In this document: in pieces, positions 19,531 through 29,168 of the stretch
Layout: the number at the start of each line of letters is the position of its first letter
Numbering within the stretch: the first letter of the stretch is position 1
Source: an uncultured Bacteroidales bacterium
GTDB lineage: Bacteria > Bacteroidota > Bacteroidia > Bacteroidales > UBA932
NCBI GenBank assembly: GCA_944326235.1
Contig: CALVDH010000009.1
Span: forward strand, 4,795-68,794
Direction: 5' to 3'
Length of the DNA stretch: 64,000 nucleotides
Program-made: the position numbers and the translations under genes
Notes under the pieces: generated by a model
Told to the model about the DNA's origin: nothing
Seen by the model: only the letters and a program-made list of their open reading frames with translations
Database searches by the model: none

Positions 19531-21216
19531 ATGGTGTATGCTTTTCTTTCTCCACGAATAAGACTAGTTCTTGCGTTCCTGCTTATTTTTATTTGTGGAA
19601 ATGCTGAGGCAACTGTTTTTCAAGAGCTGGATTCCTTAAGGGCAGGAAAATGGAAGCAGTACAATCAGGCAGGGCAATACGACTCTGTTATCGTCTCGGC
19701 GAGGTCATTGTTGGACCGGGCAATTTATTCCGGAGATCAAGAGGCGGCGCTGATGTCTTCGGTGATGATAGCCCAGGCCTATCTGTTTACTGAGAGGACC
19801 GACTCTGCCAGGTACTGGATAGAAAAAACGGAGAGTATGGGCGTAGAGAGTGGCAGTCTGTCTGTCCAGTCTGTATTTTACAATACAAAGGCAATCTATG
19901 CTGTCAAGTTTCAGTTGGATTATTCCGAAGCGCTCAAGTATTTTCTCCGGGGTTACGAGGCTGCAACGGTTTTGGGTAATCAAGATTATCGTGTGACATT
20001 GCTTACCAATATAGCCAATGTGTTTTATCTTCGCTCTGATGAAGGCGGGATGCGATATGCGCAGGAGGCCCTCTTAATTGTTGATTCTTGTCAGGTATCT
20101 GACTTTTCGGAATGCCTGTCTTATCTTGCAGCATCACAGATGTATTATGTGGAACGGGATTATAAAAGTTCAGTAAATTTTCTGGGCCGGGCTGATTCTT
20201 TACGGGCGTGTGGAGGATATGCGTCCCTTACAGCTGCCGTGGAACTGCTGCATGGAGATATATGCTCTATCAGTGGCGATTATGCACAGGCAGAGGAGCA
20301 TTATCGTGTGGCTTTGGTCCACTCCTACAATACAGAGCCCGGAACCATATCTAGAATCTACCTTAATTATGGCAAGTGCTGTGAGTTCATGAATAAGATA
20401 GACCTCGCTGTCAGTTTGTATGAGCATGGGTTGGAAGTGTCTAAAAATCATAATAATATGGAGTTTCGCCGTGAACTGCTTCAGAGGCTTACCGACATAT
20501 ATTATGAAAGGGGGCCAGTGGAGGTGTTCAGGGAATACTATAGTCAGCTGCGTCATAGTCTGGATGCCGTTGCCGGAAGAGAAAGAGACTTCAATTCCCT
20601 GCTTCTGTCGAATCAAGAGATGAGGCATGAACTGGAACTGAGTGCAAATGAATTGGAACTGATGGAGGCCCGCCGCCGGAATATGCTGTGGTTTTTTATC
20701 TCGCTGACGGCTCTTTTGCTGGTGGCTTCTTTCTTTTTTCTTTGGAGGAGACAGAAACGGATGTACCGGGTACTGGTGAATCAGTATGTCCATCATGCAC
20801 GGCAGGTGGAGATGCTCCAGGCCGGCAGTTCGACTGAAGAGGAGAAGAATCTTGCCGGAAGACAGCTTTTCCGCAAGGTGGATATTCTGATGTCAAGGGA
20901 CAAGGTGTACCGTCAGAAAGATCTTACTCTGGACCGTCTGGCCGAGATGGTGGAGAGCAACCGTACATATGTCTCGAAAGCCATCAACTCCTATGCAGGG
21001 CAGTCATTCTCGTCATACCTTAATATGTATAGGATCGCCGAGGCAACCAGACTTCTTTCAAGACAGGATGAGGAAATACCTTTGAAGCAGATTGCCGACA
21101 AAGTGGGGTATGTCTCCATGAGTGTGTTTTACAACGCATTCTGTAAGGAGACGGGTCTGCCTCCCGGTCGTTACCGCAAGGAACTACTGAATCGTAAAAC
21201 TGTTCCTGATTCTTGA
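19531..21216 (+). CDS. transmembrane one-component regulator (signal/TM, TPR-like sensor, TM, AraC HTH)
   Basis: Hydrophobic N-terminus, about 370 aa of TPR-like repeats, a TM segment (MLWFFISLTALLLVASFFFLW) and a C-terminal AraC HTH (NRTYVSKAIN...YRIAEATRLL...VGYVSMSVFYNAFCKETGLPPGRYR). Confidence 0.8.
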   Translation: MVYAFLSPRIRLVLAFLLIFICGNAEATVFQELDSLRAGKWKQYNQAGQYDSVIVSARSLLDRAIYSGDQEAALMSSVMIAQAYLFTERTDSARYWIEKTESMGVESGSLSVQSVFYNTKAIYAVKFQLDYSEALKYFLRGYEAATVLGNQDYRVTLLTNIANVFYLRSDEGGMRYAQEALLIVDSCQVSDFSECLSYLAASQMYYVERDYKSSVNFLGRADSLRACGGYASLTAAVELLHGDICSISGDYAQAEEHYRVALVHSYNTEPGTISRIYLNYGKCCEFMNKIDLAVSLYEHGLEVSKNHNNMEFRRELLQRLTDIYYERGPVEVFREYYSQLRHSLDAVAGRERDFNSLLLSNQEMRHELELSANELELMEARRRNMLWFFISLTALLLVASFFFLWRRQKRMYRVLVNQYVHHARQVEMLQAGSSTEEEKNLAGRQLFRKVDILMSRDKVYRQKDLTLDRLAEMVESNRTYVSKAINSYAGQSFSSYLNMYRIAEATRLLSRQDEEIPLKQIADKVGYVSMSVFYNAFCKETGLPPGRYRKELLNRKTVPDS

Positions 21217-21266
21217 TTTTGAAGAAACCGGAAAAGTAAAATTTGGATGATGCGGGACGGTTGCGG

Positions 21267-21274
21267 TAGTTTTG
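21267..21274 (+). promoter_or_regulatory. -7 box for the lipoprotein/S8 pair
   Basis: TAGTTTTG, 24 nt upstream of the ATG at 21299. Confidence 0.45.
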
Positions 21275-21298
21275 CAAAAACTTTAATACACACGACCC

Positions 21299-23347
21299 AT
21301 GAAACGATTTGAAATTATTTTGCCATGTCTGTTGGCTGTTTTGATTTTTACAGGGTGCAAGGAGGTGGTGGAGGACCCTTCCCTGACATTCCCTGAAACT
21401 GTTGTCGAGGTTACGGCTGAAGGAGGAACTGTGAGTGTAGCCTACAATCTTAAGAATCCTTCTCCATCATTGGAACTTTCTGCCGCGACGGAGGATGAGT
21501 GGATTGACGGCTCGTCTTTTGATTTCAGTGAGAGCGGCATAATGAAATTTATAGTATTCGAGAATACTGGACAGGATGCACGGGAGGGTTTTGTCAATGT
21601 CACATATGGATCTTTCCAGGAGAGACTGAGGGTAGTCCAGACAGGTTCGGCGGGTGAAGATCCTGAGCCTCAGGAGCAGGAGCTGGAACTGGAGGTACTT
21701 GCGCTTACCGACTCTTCTGTGACGTGCTCCATAACACCTCTGGATGAGAATCTCACATACTGCTGTATGGCTGTCCTGCGCGAGGAGTTCGACCAGTATG
21801 CCGGGGGTAGTCTGGAGACATTCTATACTATGATGCTGGACAACTATGAGCTTTTTGCATCTCAGGAGCAGATGACACTGGAGGATTTCCTCTCTACTTA
21901 CATTTTAATGAGCGGCTATCAGGAATTCACTATCCCGGATATGATTTATGACACAGAATATCTGCTGGTATATGTCGGAATGGATTCAAAGGGAACACAG
22001 CTTACCGATATCTTTTCGGAGTCAGTAACCACCGAGGATATAGAAAGAGTGGATATGTCCTTTGATATTTCGTACGAACAAGACTATTCTGAACTGCTTA
22101 TGAAAGTTGTTCCGTCTAAAGACGAGGTGCCTTACTTTTTCAATGTCGTTCCGCAGAATGTACTGGATGCTGACGGCATAACAGTGGAAGAATGGAATCA
22201 AGCTCAGATCGATGCTACCGTGGCATTCCTGAAGCAATTTTACGGGTTGACGGACATGCGCGAGATACTGGAGGATTATATCGGTGTAAGTTATGGTCCT
22301 GACGAGTATTTTTGGGAGAATGACGAGACGGAGTATTATGATGGTTCGCTGCTGCTTGGTTTGGACTATGTAGGAGCAGCATTCGCTCTGGATATGGAAG
22401 GACGTATCAATTCCGAGGTGACGGTCAAGCCGTTCCGTACGCCAGACGCAGCCCCTTCATCCAATCGGTTTACTGTAACATTCGACAATATCAACATAGA
22501 TTATGCGGAATTTACCGTAGAGTGTACTAATAACGATACATGGTATTATGTCTGCGGACTGGCTTCTGATTATGCAGGAATGTCGGATGAGGAGATACTT
22601 GCTTCTTTTGAGTATAAGTATGATGAAAGTGATGGCCGTATTTTCCACCGCGGCAGTTACAGCGGCAGACTCAATATTCTGTCGCAGGCAACGGACTACG
22701 TACTGTTTGTGTTTGGATATGATCACGGTATGGTTACGACCGGTCTGACCAAGGCTGAGTTCACTACCCTTGAGCCTGGAGATCCTGCGAAGCTTACATT
22801 CGATTTCTCAGTAGAGTATGAGCCCAGTGAAACAGATCCTTCGGAAGTGCTCGCTTCTGTAACTGTCAAAGGAGAGCCAGCAACAGCTCTTTTCTGGACG
22901 GATATGTTTTCGGAGGATGCAGCGGAAGAGGACGTCATTGCAAAGATAGAAGAAGGTGTCCAGCAGTTTGAGGGATGGGGCATGAGCAGAGTGGATTATT
23001 TCCGTGGAATGGGCGAGAGGGGTTCATACACGTATCCTTACCCTGTTACTCCAGGTACGAGGTTTAAGATGGCGGCAGTGGGAATTTATGAGGATACCGG
23101 AGAATATGCTACGGATATTGTCTTCAGTGAGGTGTTCGAGGTTCCGGCTGACGGAGTGGCCTCGGCTGTTTCCTCAGGAGTTGTTACAGGAAGAACAGTT
23201 GAAAAACCTGTAGGAGTATCTTCGACTCATGATACAGAAGAACTTAATGCTCAAGAAGAAATGCCGGAGCTGCTTAAGAGGATTTTGGCTGCCAAGGCCC
23301 GTAAGCATGTCAAGTCCGGCATGAGAATGCTTTTGCCTGAGAAATAA
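21299..23347 (+). CDS. acidic lipoprotein with N-terminal BACON-like domain
   Basis: Lipobox IFTGC. The segment VVEVTAEGGTVSVAYNLKNPS...WIDGS...NTGQDAREGFVNVTYGSFQERLRVVQ resembles a BACON domain. The remaining ~560 aa are unassigned. Confidence 0.6.
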   Translation: MKRFEIILPCLLAVLIFTGCKEVVEDPSLTFPETVVEVTAEGGTVSVAYNLKNPSPSLELSAATEDEWIDGSSFDFSESGIMKFIVFENTGQDAREGFVNVTYGSFQERLRVVQTGSAGEDPEPQEQELELEVLALTDSSVTCSITPLDENLTYCCMAVLREEFDQYAGGSLETFYTMMLDNYELFASQEQMTLEDFLSTYILMSGYQEFTIPDMIYDTEYLLVYVGMDSKGTQLTDIFSESVTTEDIERVDMSFDISYEQDYSELLMKVVPSKDEVPYFFNVVPQNVLDADGITVEEWNQAQIDATVAFLKQFYGLTDMREILEDYIGVSYGPDEYFWENDETEYYDGSLLLGLDYVGAAFALDMEGRINSEVTVKPFRTPDAAPSSNRFTVTFDNINIDYAEFTVECTNNDTWYYVCGLASDYAGMSDEEILASFEYKYDESDGRIFHRGSYSGRLNILSQATDYVLFVFGYDHGMVTTGLTKAEFTTLEPGDPAKLTFDFSVEYEPSETDPSEVLASVTVKGEPATALFWTDMFSEDAAEEDVIAKIEEGVQQFEGWGMSRVDYFRGMGERGSYTYPYPVTPGTRFKMAAVGIYEDTGEYATDIVFSEVFEVPADGVASAVSSGVVTGRTVEKPVGVSSTHDTEELNAQEEMPELLKRILAAKARKHVKSGMRMLLPEK

Positions 23348-23357
23348 ATCTTTTTCA

Positions 23358-25988
23358 ATGGGTAAACGTATATTGGCGATATTGTTAATGAGTGCGGTGA
23401 CTTTGTTACCGCACTCTTGCTCTGTCGATGAGGTTCAGCGCCGTATTGCGGAAGGCACCGGCGAAGGAGGGAGGGATGTTTCAGATTTATCCTGCTATGA
23501 ACCGGACCGCCTGAGAATAAAGGTATCAGAGAACTTGGCTTGTGGACTGGAGGAAATGGCCGATTCCTCAGGAAGGATATGCGTGGCCGGACTTAAGTCG
23601 GTTGAAGATGCGTTGACTTCTTGCGGGGTAGTGGAAATGAAGCGTACTTTTCCCTATGCAGGTAAGTTTGAAGCCCGTACAAGAGCCGAAGGACTGCATC
23701 TGTGGTATGATGCCCTGGTCACGGGCTGTCCGGAAGACGGTCTTACCAGGGCTTTGGAAAGTCTGTCAGGTATAGAGGGAGTGGATGTCGTGGAGTTCAG
23801 GCCCAAAGCTGTCTTGATGGACGGTACTTCCTTTTTTGATGATCCTGAACTGCCTTTGCGGCAGTGGCATTTGTACAATGACGGCAGTACCGCCGGTTCG
23901 ATTGCAGGGTGTGATATCAATGTGGTTCCGGCATGGGAGGAATTCACAAAAGGCACCGATGATGTGATAGTGGCTGTGGTTGACGGTGGTATCGATTGGG
24001 CCCATGAGGATCTTGCGGCAAATATGTGGCATAATCCGGAACAGACCGGGGACAATGTCTATGGTTACAATTTTGTGACTGACTCCTATCTCATCAATGC
24101 ACATGACCACGGGACACATGTTGCTGGACTGGTAGGAGCTGTCAATAACAACGGCATAGGCGTATCGGGAGTGGCCGGGGGCGATTTTGCAGCTGGTATA
24201 CCGGGAGTCAGGCTTATGTCCTGTCAGATTTTCGACGGCGACAACAGCACTACCGGTGCGGAAGCTATAAAGTGGGCTGCTGATCACGGAGCTGTAATTG
24301 CCCAGAACAGCTGGGGCTATGAAAAATCAACAGGAGTGACAGTCACTCCTCTTTCAGAGCGTCAGGCCATCGATTATTTTGTCAAATATGCCGGATATGA
24401 TGAAAACGGCAATCAAGTCGGTCCCATGGCTGGAGGTCTGGTTGTCTTTGCGGCCGGTAACGATACCTATAATATAAATTGCCCTTCGTCATATGCTCCA
24501 TGTCTGGCCGTAGCGGCTTTAGGAGCAGATTATGGAGCTGCCTGGTACACGAACTATGGGGATTGGGTGGATGTCTCCGCGCCCGGAGGGGACGAAAGGG
24601 ACGGAAATACGATATATTCCACCTTGCCCGGAAATCGTTATGGAACTATGCAGGGGACCTCTCAGGCTTGCCCTCAGGTTTCCGGCATAGCCGCGCTGGC
24701 AGTGTCGTATTATGGAGGGCCCGGCTTCACGGCCGATATGCTCAGGGAAAAGATAGAGTCTGGAGTGAAGGATATATCCATGTACAATTCGCCTCTCAGA
24801 CCTTTGGGCAGAGGGCTGGTGGATGCCTATCAGATACTCATGCCAGAGAAAGGCGAGGCTCCGGATAGAATTGAGGATTTTCATGCGGATATCTGTGGGA
24901 GAACTGTGACAGTCTCGTGTACTCTTCCCAGGGATCCTGACGATGAGGCTCTCAATATGCTTCTGGTTTATTACGGTAAGGAAGAACTGTCCTCTGTATA
25001 CCCGTTCAGGATATCTGAGATGATACCGGGAGATGTGTTTGCCGGGTCTTTTGAGTTGCCTGAGTACGGTACGGTGTATCGTATGGCCGCTGCTGCTACG
25101 GACAGGGCCGGTAATGTAGCGCCTCTTTCGGATGAAGTGAGTGTGAATGTTGTTGAGAATAACCCTCCGGTAATAGAGCCTGTAGACGGAACATCCATGA
25201 CGTTGCATTCTCACGAAGCAGGCATGCTGTATTTTTATATTACGGATCCAGAAGGTCATAGTATGACGGCAAGTTTCGAGCCGGTGCCGGAGGACGGCGT
25301 CATGCGTGTAGTCGAGGTAACTGAGGATACTGTTGCGCTAAGAGTGGACGGACCTAGGATGAAACCGGGATATTACAGTCTAAATTTCACAGTAACGGAT
25401 GATTACGGTGCATTCTCCTCATTACCGGTAGATATAACTGTCCTAGAAAATAATCCTCCTGAAGTGAAGGACGATGTGCTCCCTGGCGTGGTCTTCGGTT
25501 CAGAAATGGAACCATCCGTCACTCTCCCATGGTATGATTTTTTTGAAGACCTGGACGGTGAGGTTCCTGCGATTTCTCTTATTGTTGAGAATGAATCAGT
25601 AGCTGCTGCTTCGGTCAATAATTACGGAAATATAGTCATAACCCCTATGTCTTACGGACAGACTTGGGTGGGTATAACGGCTTCGGATGCCGCCGGAAAA
25701 ACTGCGTCTTTCCGATTGTGCGTGGTGGTTCGTGACGGAACTGATGCGATGGATCTGTATCCTAATCCGGTAGTGGATACTCTTAATATCCGTGTAGGTG
25801 AGGAGTCTGTTTCCGGATCTGTGATTATTACAGGGGTGTCGGGTATGGTAGTTTATGAGGCAGAAGTTGAGGATATGAGTGTATTCTATCCTCTGAAAGT
25901 GGATATGAGCGGCGTTCAGGCAGGGATTTATATAGTGACCGTAAAATGCGGAAATACCGTTGTGAAGAAAAATGTAGCAAAATTGTAA
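23358..25988 (+). CDS. S8 (subtilisin) family peptidase with Ig/cadherin-like repeats and T9SS C-terminal sorting domain
   Basis: Catalytic triad contexts VAVVDGGID, HGTHVAG and GTSQACPQVSG. Two NNPP(V/E)-led Ig-like modules. C-terminal LYPNPVVDTLNIR...GIYIVTVKCGNTVVKKNVAKL resembles a type A T9SS CTD. Confidence 0.9.
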   Translation: MGKRILAILLMSAVTLLPHSCSVDEVQRRIAEGTGEGGRDVSDLSCYEPDRLRIKVSENLACGLEEMADSSGRICVAGLKSVEDALTSCGVVEMKRTFPYAGKFEARTRAEGLHLWYDALVTGCPEDGLTRALESLSGIEGVDVVEFRPKAVLMDGTSFFDDPELPLRQWHLYNDGSTAGSIAGCDINVVPAWEEFTKGTDDVIVAVVDGGIDWAHEDLAANMWHNPEQTGDNVYGYNFVTDSYLINAHDHGTHVAGLVGAVNNNGIGVSGVAGGDFAAGIPGVRLMSCQIFDGDNSTTGAEAIKWAADHGAVIAQNSWGYEKSTGVTVTPLSERQAIDYFVKYAGYDENGNQVGPMAGGLVVFAAGNDTYNINCPSSYAPCLAVAALGADYGAAWYTNYGDWVDVSAPGGDERDGNTIYSTLPGNRYGTMQGTSQACPQVSGIAALAVSYYGGPGFTADMLREKIESGVKDISMYNSPLRPLGRGLVDAYQILMPEKGEAPDRIEDFHADICGRTVTVSCTLPRDPDDEALNMLLVYYGKEELSSVYPFRISEMIPGDVFAGSFELPEYGTVYRMAAAATDRAGNVAPLSDEVSVNVVENNPPVIEPVDGTSMTLHSHEAGMLYFYITDPEGHSMTASFEPVPEDGVMRVVEVTEDTVALRVDGPRMKPGYYSLNFTVTDDYGAFSSLPVDITVLENNPPEVKDDVLPGVVFGSEMEPSVTLPWYDFFEDLDGEVPAISLIVENESVAAASVNNYGNIVITPMSYGQTWVGITASDAAGKTASFRLCVVVRDGTDAMDLYPNPVVDTLNIRVGEESVSGSVIITGVSGMVVYEAEVEDMSVFYPLKVDMSGVQAGIYIVTVKCGNTVVKKNVAKL

Positions 25989-26039
25989 CAATTCATTTTA
26001 CAATTTATATCTATCTTGCGGCCAATTTGGTAATTTACA

Positions 26040-28133
26040 ATGGGAAAGAAAAAATCAATGAGGCCGTATCTCGAAAGGGACATCAGTTGGATGTACTTCA
26101 ACCGGCGTGTACTGCAAGAAGCATGTAAAGATGAGGTCCCCCTCCTGGAAAGACTGAGTTTCCTGGGGATATACTCCAATAATCTGGACGAGTTCTTCCG
26201 TGTCCGCGTAGCCTCCCTGAACCGGGTGGCCGAGTGGGACGGGAAGACCGGGCTGCGCGAGGCCAGGACGGCGGCCGTGACGGTCAAGCAGATCAACCGG
26301 CTCAACAGCAGGTATGCCAAGGATTTCGAGGTGGCGGTAAAGCAGGTCAACGAGGCCCTTGCGGAGCACAATATCTGCATCATCTCCGATACTCAGGCCG
26401 ATGAGGAACAGGCCGCCTACATCCGCAACTATTATCAGGAGCATATAGACGGCTACATCGTCCCTATATGGCTGAGCGCAGTACGGCATCTGGACTATGA
26501 GACAGACGAGAAGATATATCTGGCCGTAAAGGCCTGCCGTCTCACCCAGACCGGCAAGACAGCATACGACTACGCCTATTTCAGCCTGCCGGTGGACAGC
26601 TGCGGCCGTTTCGTCCGGCTGCCGGACAAGGAGGGCAGGAGCTACATCATGTACATTGACGACGTGGTGCGCTGCTGTCTGCCCAAGGTCTTCGAAGGCA
26701 ACGGTTTCATCTCATTCAGTGCCTATTCCTTCAAGTTTACCCGTGATGCGGAGATGGAGATAGACAATGACCAGCGCAGCGGCATCCTCCAGAAGATATC
26801 CAAGGGACTGAAGAGCCGGAAGAAGGGAGAGCCTCTGAGATTTGTCTATGACGGGAATATGCCGGAGGATCTGCTGCGGCGGGTGCTCGGCAGGCTGGAC
26901 CTCGGCGAGAGGGATACAGTCCTTCGCGGAGGCCGCTACCAGAATCACAAGGACCTGATGAAGTTCCCCTCTTTCCCGGGGAGCGCCCTGAAATATCCGC
27001 CGATGTCCCCTGTCCGCCGTTCCTCCCTGGACGGTCCCGGGAGCATATTGGAACGCATCCGGAGGCAGGACAGATTCCTGCACGTGCCTTACCACAGCTT
27101 CGACACATTTATCCGGGTGCTGCATGAGGCGGCCACCAGCCGCAATGTCAGCAGCATCAAGATCACATTGTACCGCCTGGCCAAGGATTCCAAGGTGGTC
27201 CGGGCCCTTATCGCCGCCGCCCGCAACGGCAAGAAGGTAACAGTGGTCATCGAACTGCTGGCCCGTTTCGATGAGGAGTCCAATATGAACTGGTCCCAGA
27301 AACTGGAGGATGCAGGGGTGAAGGTAATCTTCGGAGTGGAAGGTCTGAAAGTACATTCGAAGGTCCTGCACATCGGCATGAAGAAGGGAGGGGACCTGGC
27401 CTGCATCAGCACCGGTAACTTCCACGAGGGCAATGCCCGGGCCTACACCGACTGCATCCTGATGACTTCCTCCCGCAGGATAGTCAAGGAGGTCGCGCAG
27501 GTCTTCGACTTTATCGAGAAGCCCTATGCTCCGATTCAGTTCAAGGAACTCCTGGTCTCCCCGAATGAGATGAAACGCCGGTTCATCTCTCTGATAAACG
27601 CTGAGATCCGCAATAGGAAGAACGGCAAGCCGGCCTATATCCGCATGAAGCTCAACCATGTCACGGATCCGGAGATGGTGGAAAGGATATATGAGGCGGC
27701 GTACGCCGGAGTGGATGTAGAGATGTCCGTGCGCGGCAACTGCTCGATAGTTACGGACAGACTGCCGGAGAACTGCCATATCCGTATCAACGGGATTATC
27801 GACCGCTATCTGGAACATTCCCGTATCTTCGTGTTCGCGGCAGGAGGGGAGGAGAAGGTGTTCATCGGTTCGGCTGACTGGATGCCCCGCAACCTGGACA
27901 ACCGCGTCGAGGTCGTCGTTCCGGTCTACGACCCCACCATCAAGCAGGAAATGAAGCGGATAGTGGACTATGCCCTCCGGGATGTCAGGCAGGGCAGGAC
28001 TGTGGACGGCACCGGCGCCAACATGCCGTGGACCTGTGAGGAACCGCTTGAGACCGGTTCCCAGCAGGCTCTGTACAGGTACTATGAGGCACTCGAGGCC
28101 AAGGAGCGGGAGTATGATGCCGGGATGGCTTAA
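26040..28133 (+). CDS. ppk1: polyphosphate kinase 1
   Basis: 697 aa. N-terminal RDISWMYFNRRVL and two PLD-like H-x-K motifs (VHSKVLHI, EHSRIFVF). Confidence 0.95.
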   Translation: MGKKKSMRPYLERDISWMYFNRRVLQEACKDEVPLLERLSFLGIYSNNLDEFFRVRVASLNRVAEWDGKTGLREARTAAVTVKQINRLNSRYAKDFEVAVKQVNEALAEHNICIISDTQADEEQAAYIRNYYQEHIDGYIVPIWLSAVRHLDYETDEKIYLAVKACRLTQTGKTAYDYAYFSLPVDSCGRFVRLPDKEGRSYIMYIDDVVRCCLPKVFEGNGFISFSAYSFKFTRDAEMEIDNDQRSGILQKISKGLKSRKKGEPLRFVYDGNMPEDLLRRVLGRLDLGERDTVLRGGRYQNHKDLMKFPSFPGSALKYPPMSPVRRSSLDGPGSILERIRRQDRFLHVPYHSFDTFIRVLHEAATSRNVSSIKITLYRLAKDSKVVRALIAAARNGKKVTVVIELLARFDEESNMNWSQKLEDAGVKVIFGVEGLKVHSKVLHIGMKKGGDLACISTGNFHEGNARAYTDCILMTSSRRIVKEVAQVFDFIEKPYAPIQFKELLVSPNEMKRRFISLINAEIRNRKNGKPAYIRMKLNHVTDPEMVERIYEAAYAGVDVEMSVRGNCSIVTDRLPENCHIRINGIIDRYLEHSRIFVFAAGGEEKVFIGSADWMPRNLDNRVEVVVPVYDPTIKQEMKRIVDYALRDVRQGRTVDGTGANMPWTCEEPLETGSQQALYRYYEALEAKEREYDAGMA

Positions 28134-28144
28134 ACAGGAAAATT

Positions 28145-29092
28145 ATGACAGATATGATGAATAACGAAACTGTAGCGGACTACCGTGACAATGCGGTAAC
28201 ATACGCGGCTATAGACATTGGCTCGAATGCGGTCCGCCTCCTCATCAAGCAGCTGGAGGACGACCATCAGCCCCGTTTCAGCAAGGTGCTGCTGCTGAGG
28301 GTGCCTCTCAGGCTGGGCTTCGATGTGTTCTCCAACGGGGGAAGCATATCCGAGCGCCGCCGCAAGGATCTGGTGCGCCTGATGAAATCCTACAAGCAGC
28401 TGATGAAGATTTACAATGTCTCCGATTACCGGGCCTGCGCTACCTCGGCCATGCGCGATGCCGCCAACGGACAGGATATTATCAGGGAGGTACGCAAAAA
28501 GACCGGAATAGAGATAGAAATCATCGACGGACAGCAGGAAGCCCGCATGATCTACAACAACCACATCGAGAGCATGCGCGGCCGGCGCGGCAACTTTATG
28601 TACGTGGATGTCGGTGGCGGAAGCACAGAGATCAATCTTATGGCTGACGGAGAGCTGATATGTTCCAAGTCATATAATATAGGTACGGTGAGGATGCTCA
28701 ACGAGGCGGTAACTGACGGAGAGTGGAGGAGGCTCCGGTCCGACATGGAGGACCTGGCTGCGTCGTATCCCGGTATCAGCATTGTAGGCTCGGGCGGCAA
28801 TATCAACAAGCTGTACAAGCTCGTGGAGCGTCGGGACAAGCGGTATCCCCGTATGAGCGTCTCGTCTCTTCAGGCCCTTCACGACCGGTTGAAAGCTCTG
28901 AATGTAAGGCAGAGAATGGAGGAGTATGAGCTTAAGGCGGACAGGGCCGATGTCATCGTTCCCGCAGGAGAGATATTCCTGACCATAGCATCCATCACGG
29001 GAGCCTCCTACATATACGTGCCCGTCATCGGCCTTTCGGACGGTATCATCGACGGCCTCTACACCAAGCATCTGGCCGAACTCAGCAAATAA
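28145..29092 (+). CDS. ppx: exopolyphosphatase (Ppx/GppA family)
   Basis: ASKHA-fold motifs AAIDIGSNAVRLLI and DVGGGSTEI. Starts 11 nt after the ppk1 stop. Confidence 0.9.
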   Translation: MTDMMNNETVADYRDNAVTYAAIDIGSNAVRLLIKQLEDDHQPRFSKVLLLRVPLRLGFDVFSNGGSISERRRKDLVRLMKSYKQLMKIYNVSDYRACATSAMRDAANGQDIIREVRKKTGIEIEIIDGQQEARMIYNNHIESMRGRRGNFMYVDVGGGSTEINLMADGELICSKSYNIGTVRMLNEAVTDGEWRRLRSDMEDLAASYPGISIVGSGGNINKLYKLVERRDKRYPRMSVSSLQALHDRLKALNVRQRMEEYELKADRADVIVPAGEIFLTIASITGASYIYVPVIGLSDGIIDGLYTKHLAELSK

Positions 29093-29110
29093 TCCTTCAG
29101 GTCAGAATAA

Positions 29111-29151
29111 AAAAAGTTCCGATGGTCTTGAACCACCGGAACTTCTTTTTT
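29111..29151. terminator. bidirectional rho-independent terminator candidate
   Basis: AAAAAGTTCCGATGG-N7-CCACCGGAACTTCTTTTTT between convergent genes. Confidence 0.6.
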
Positions 29152-29168
29152 ACGTCTGCCGCAGATGG

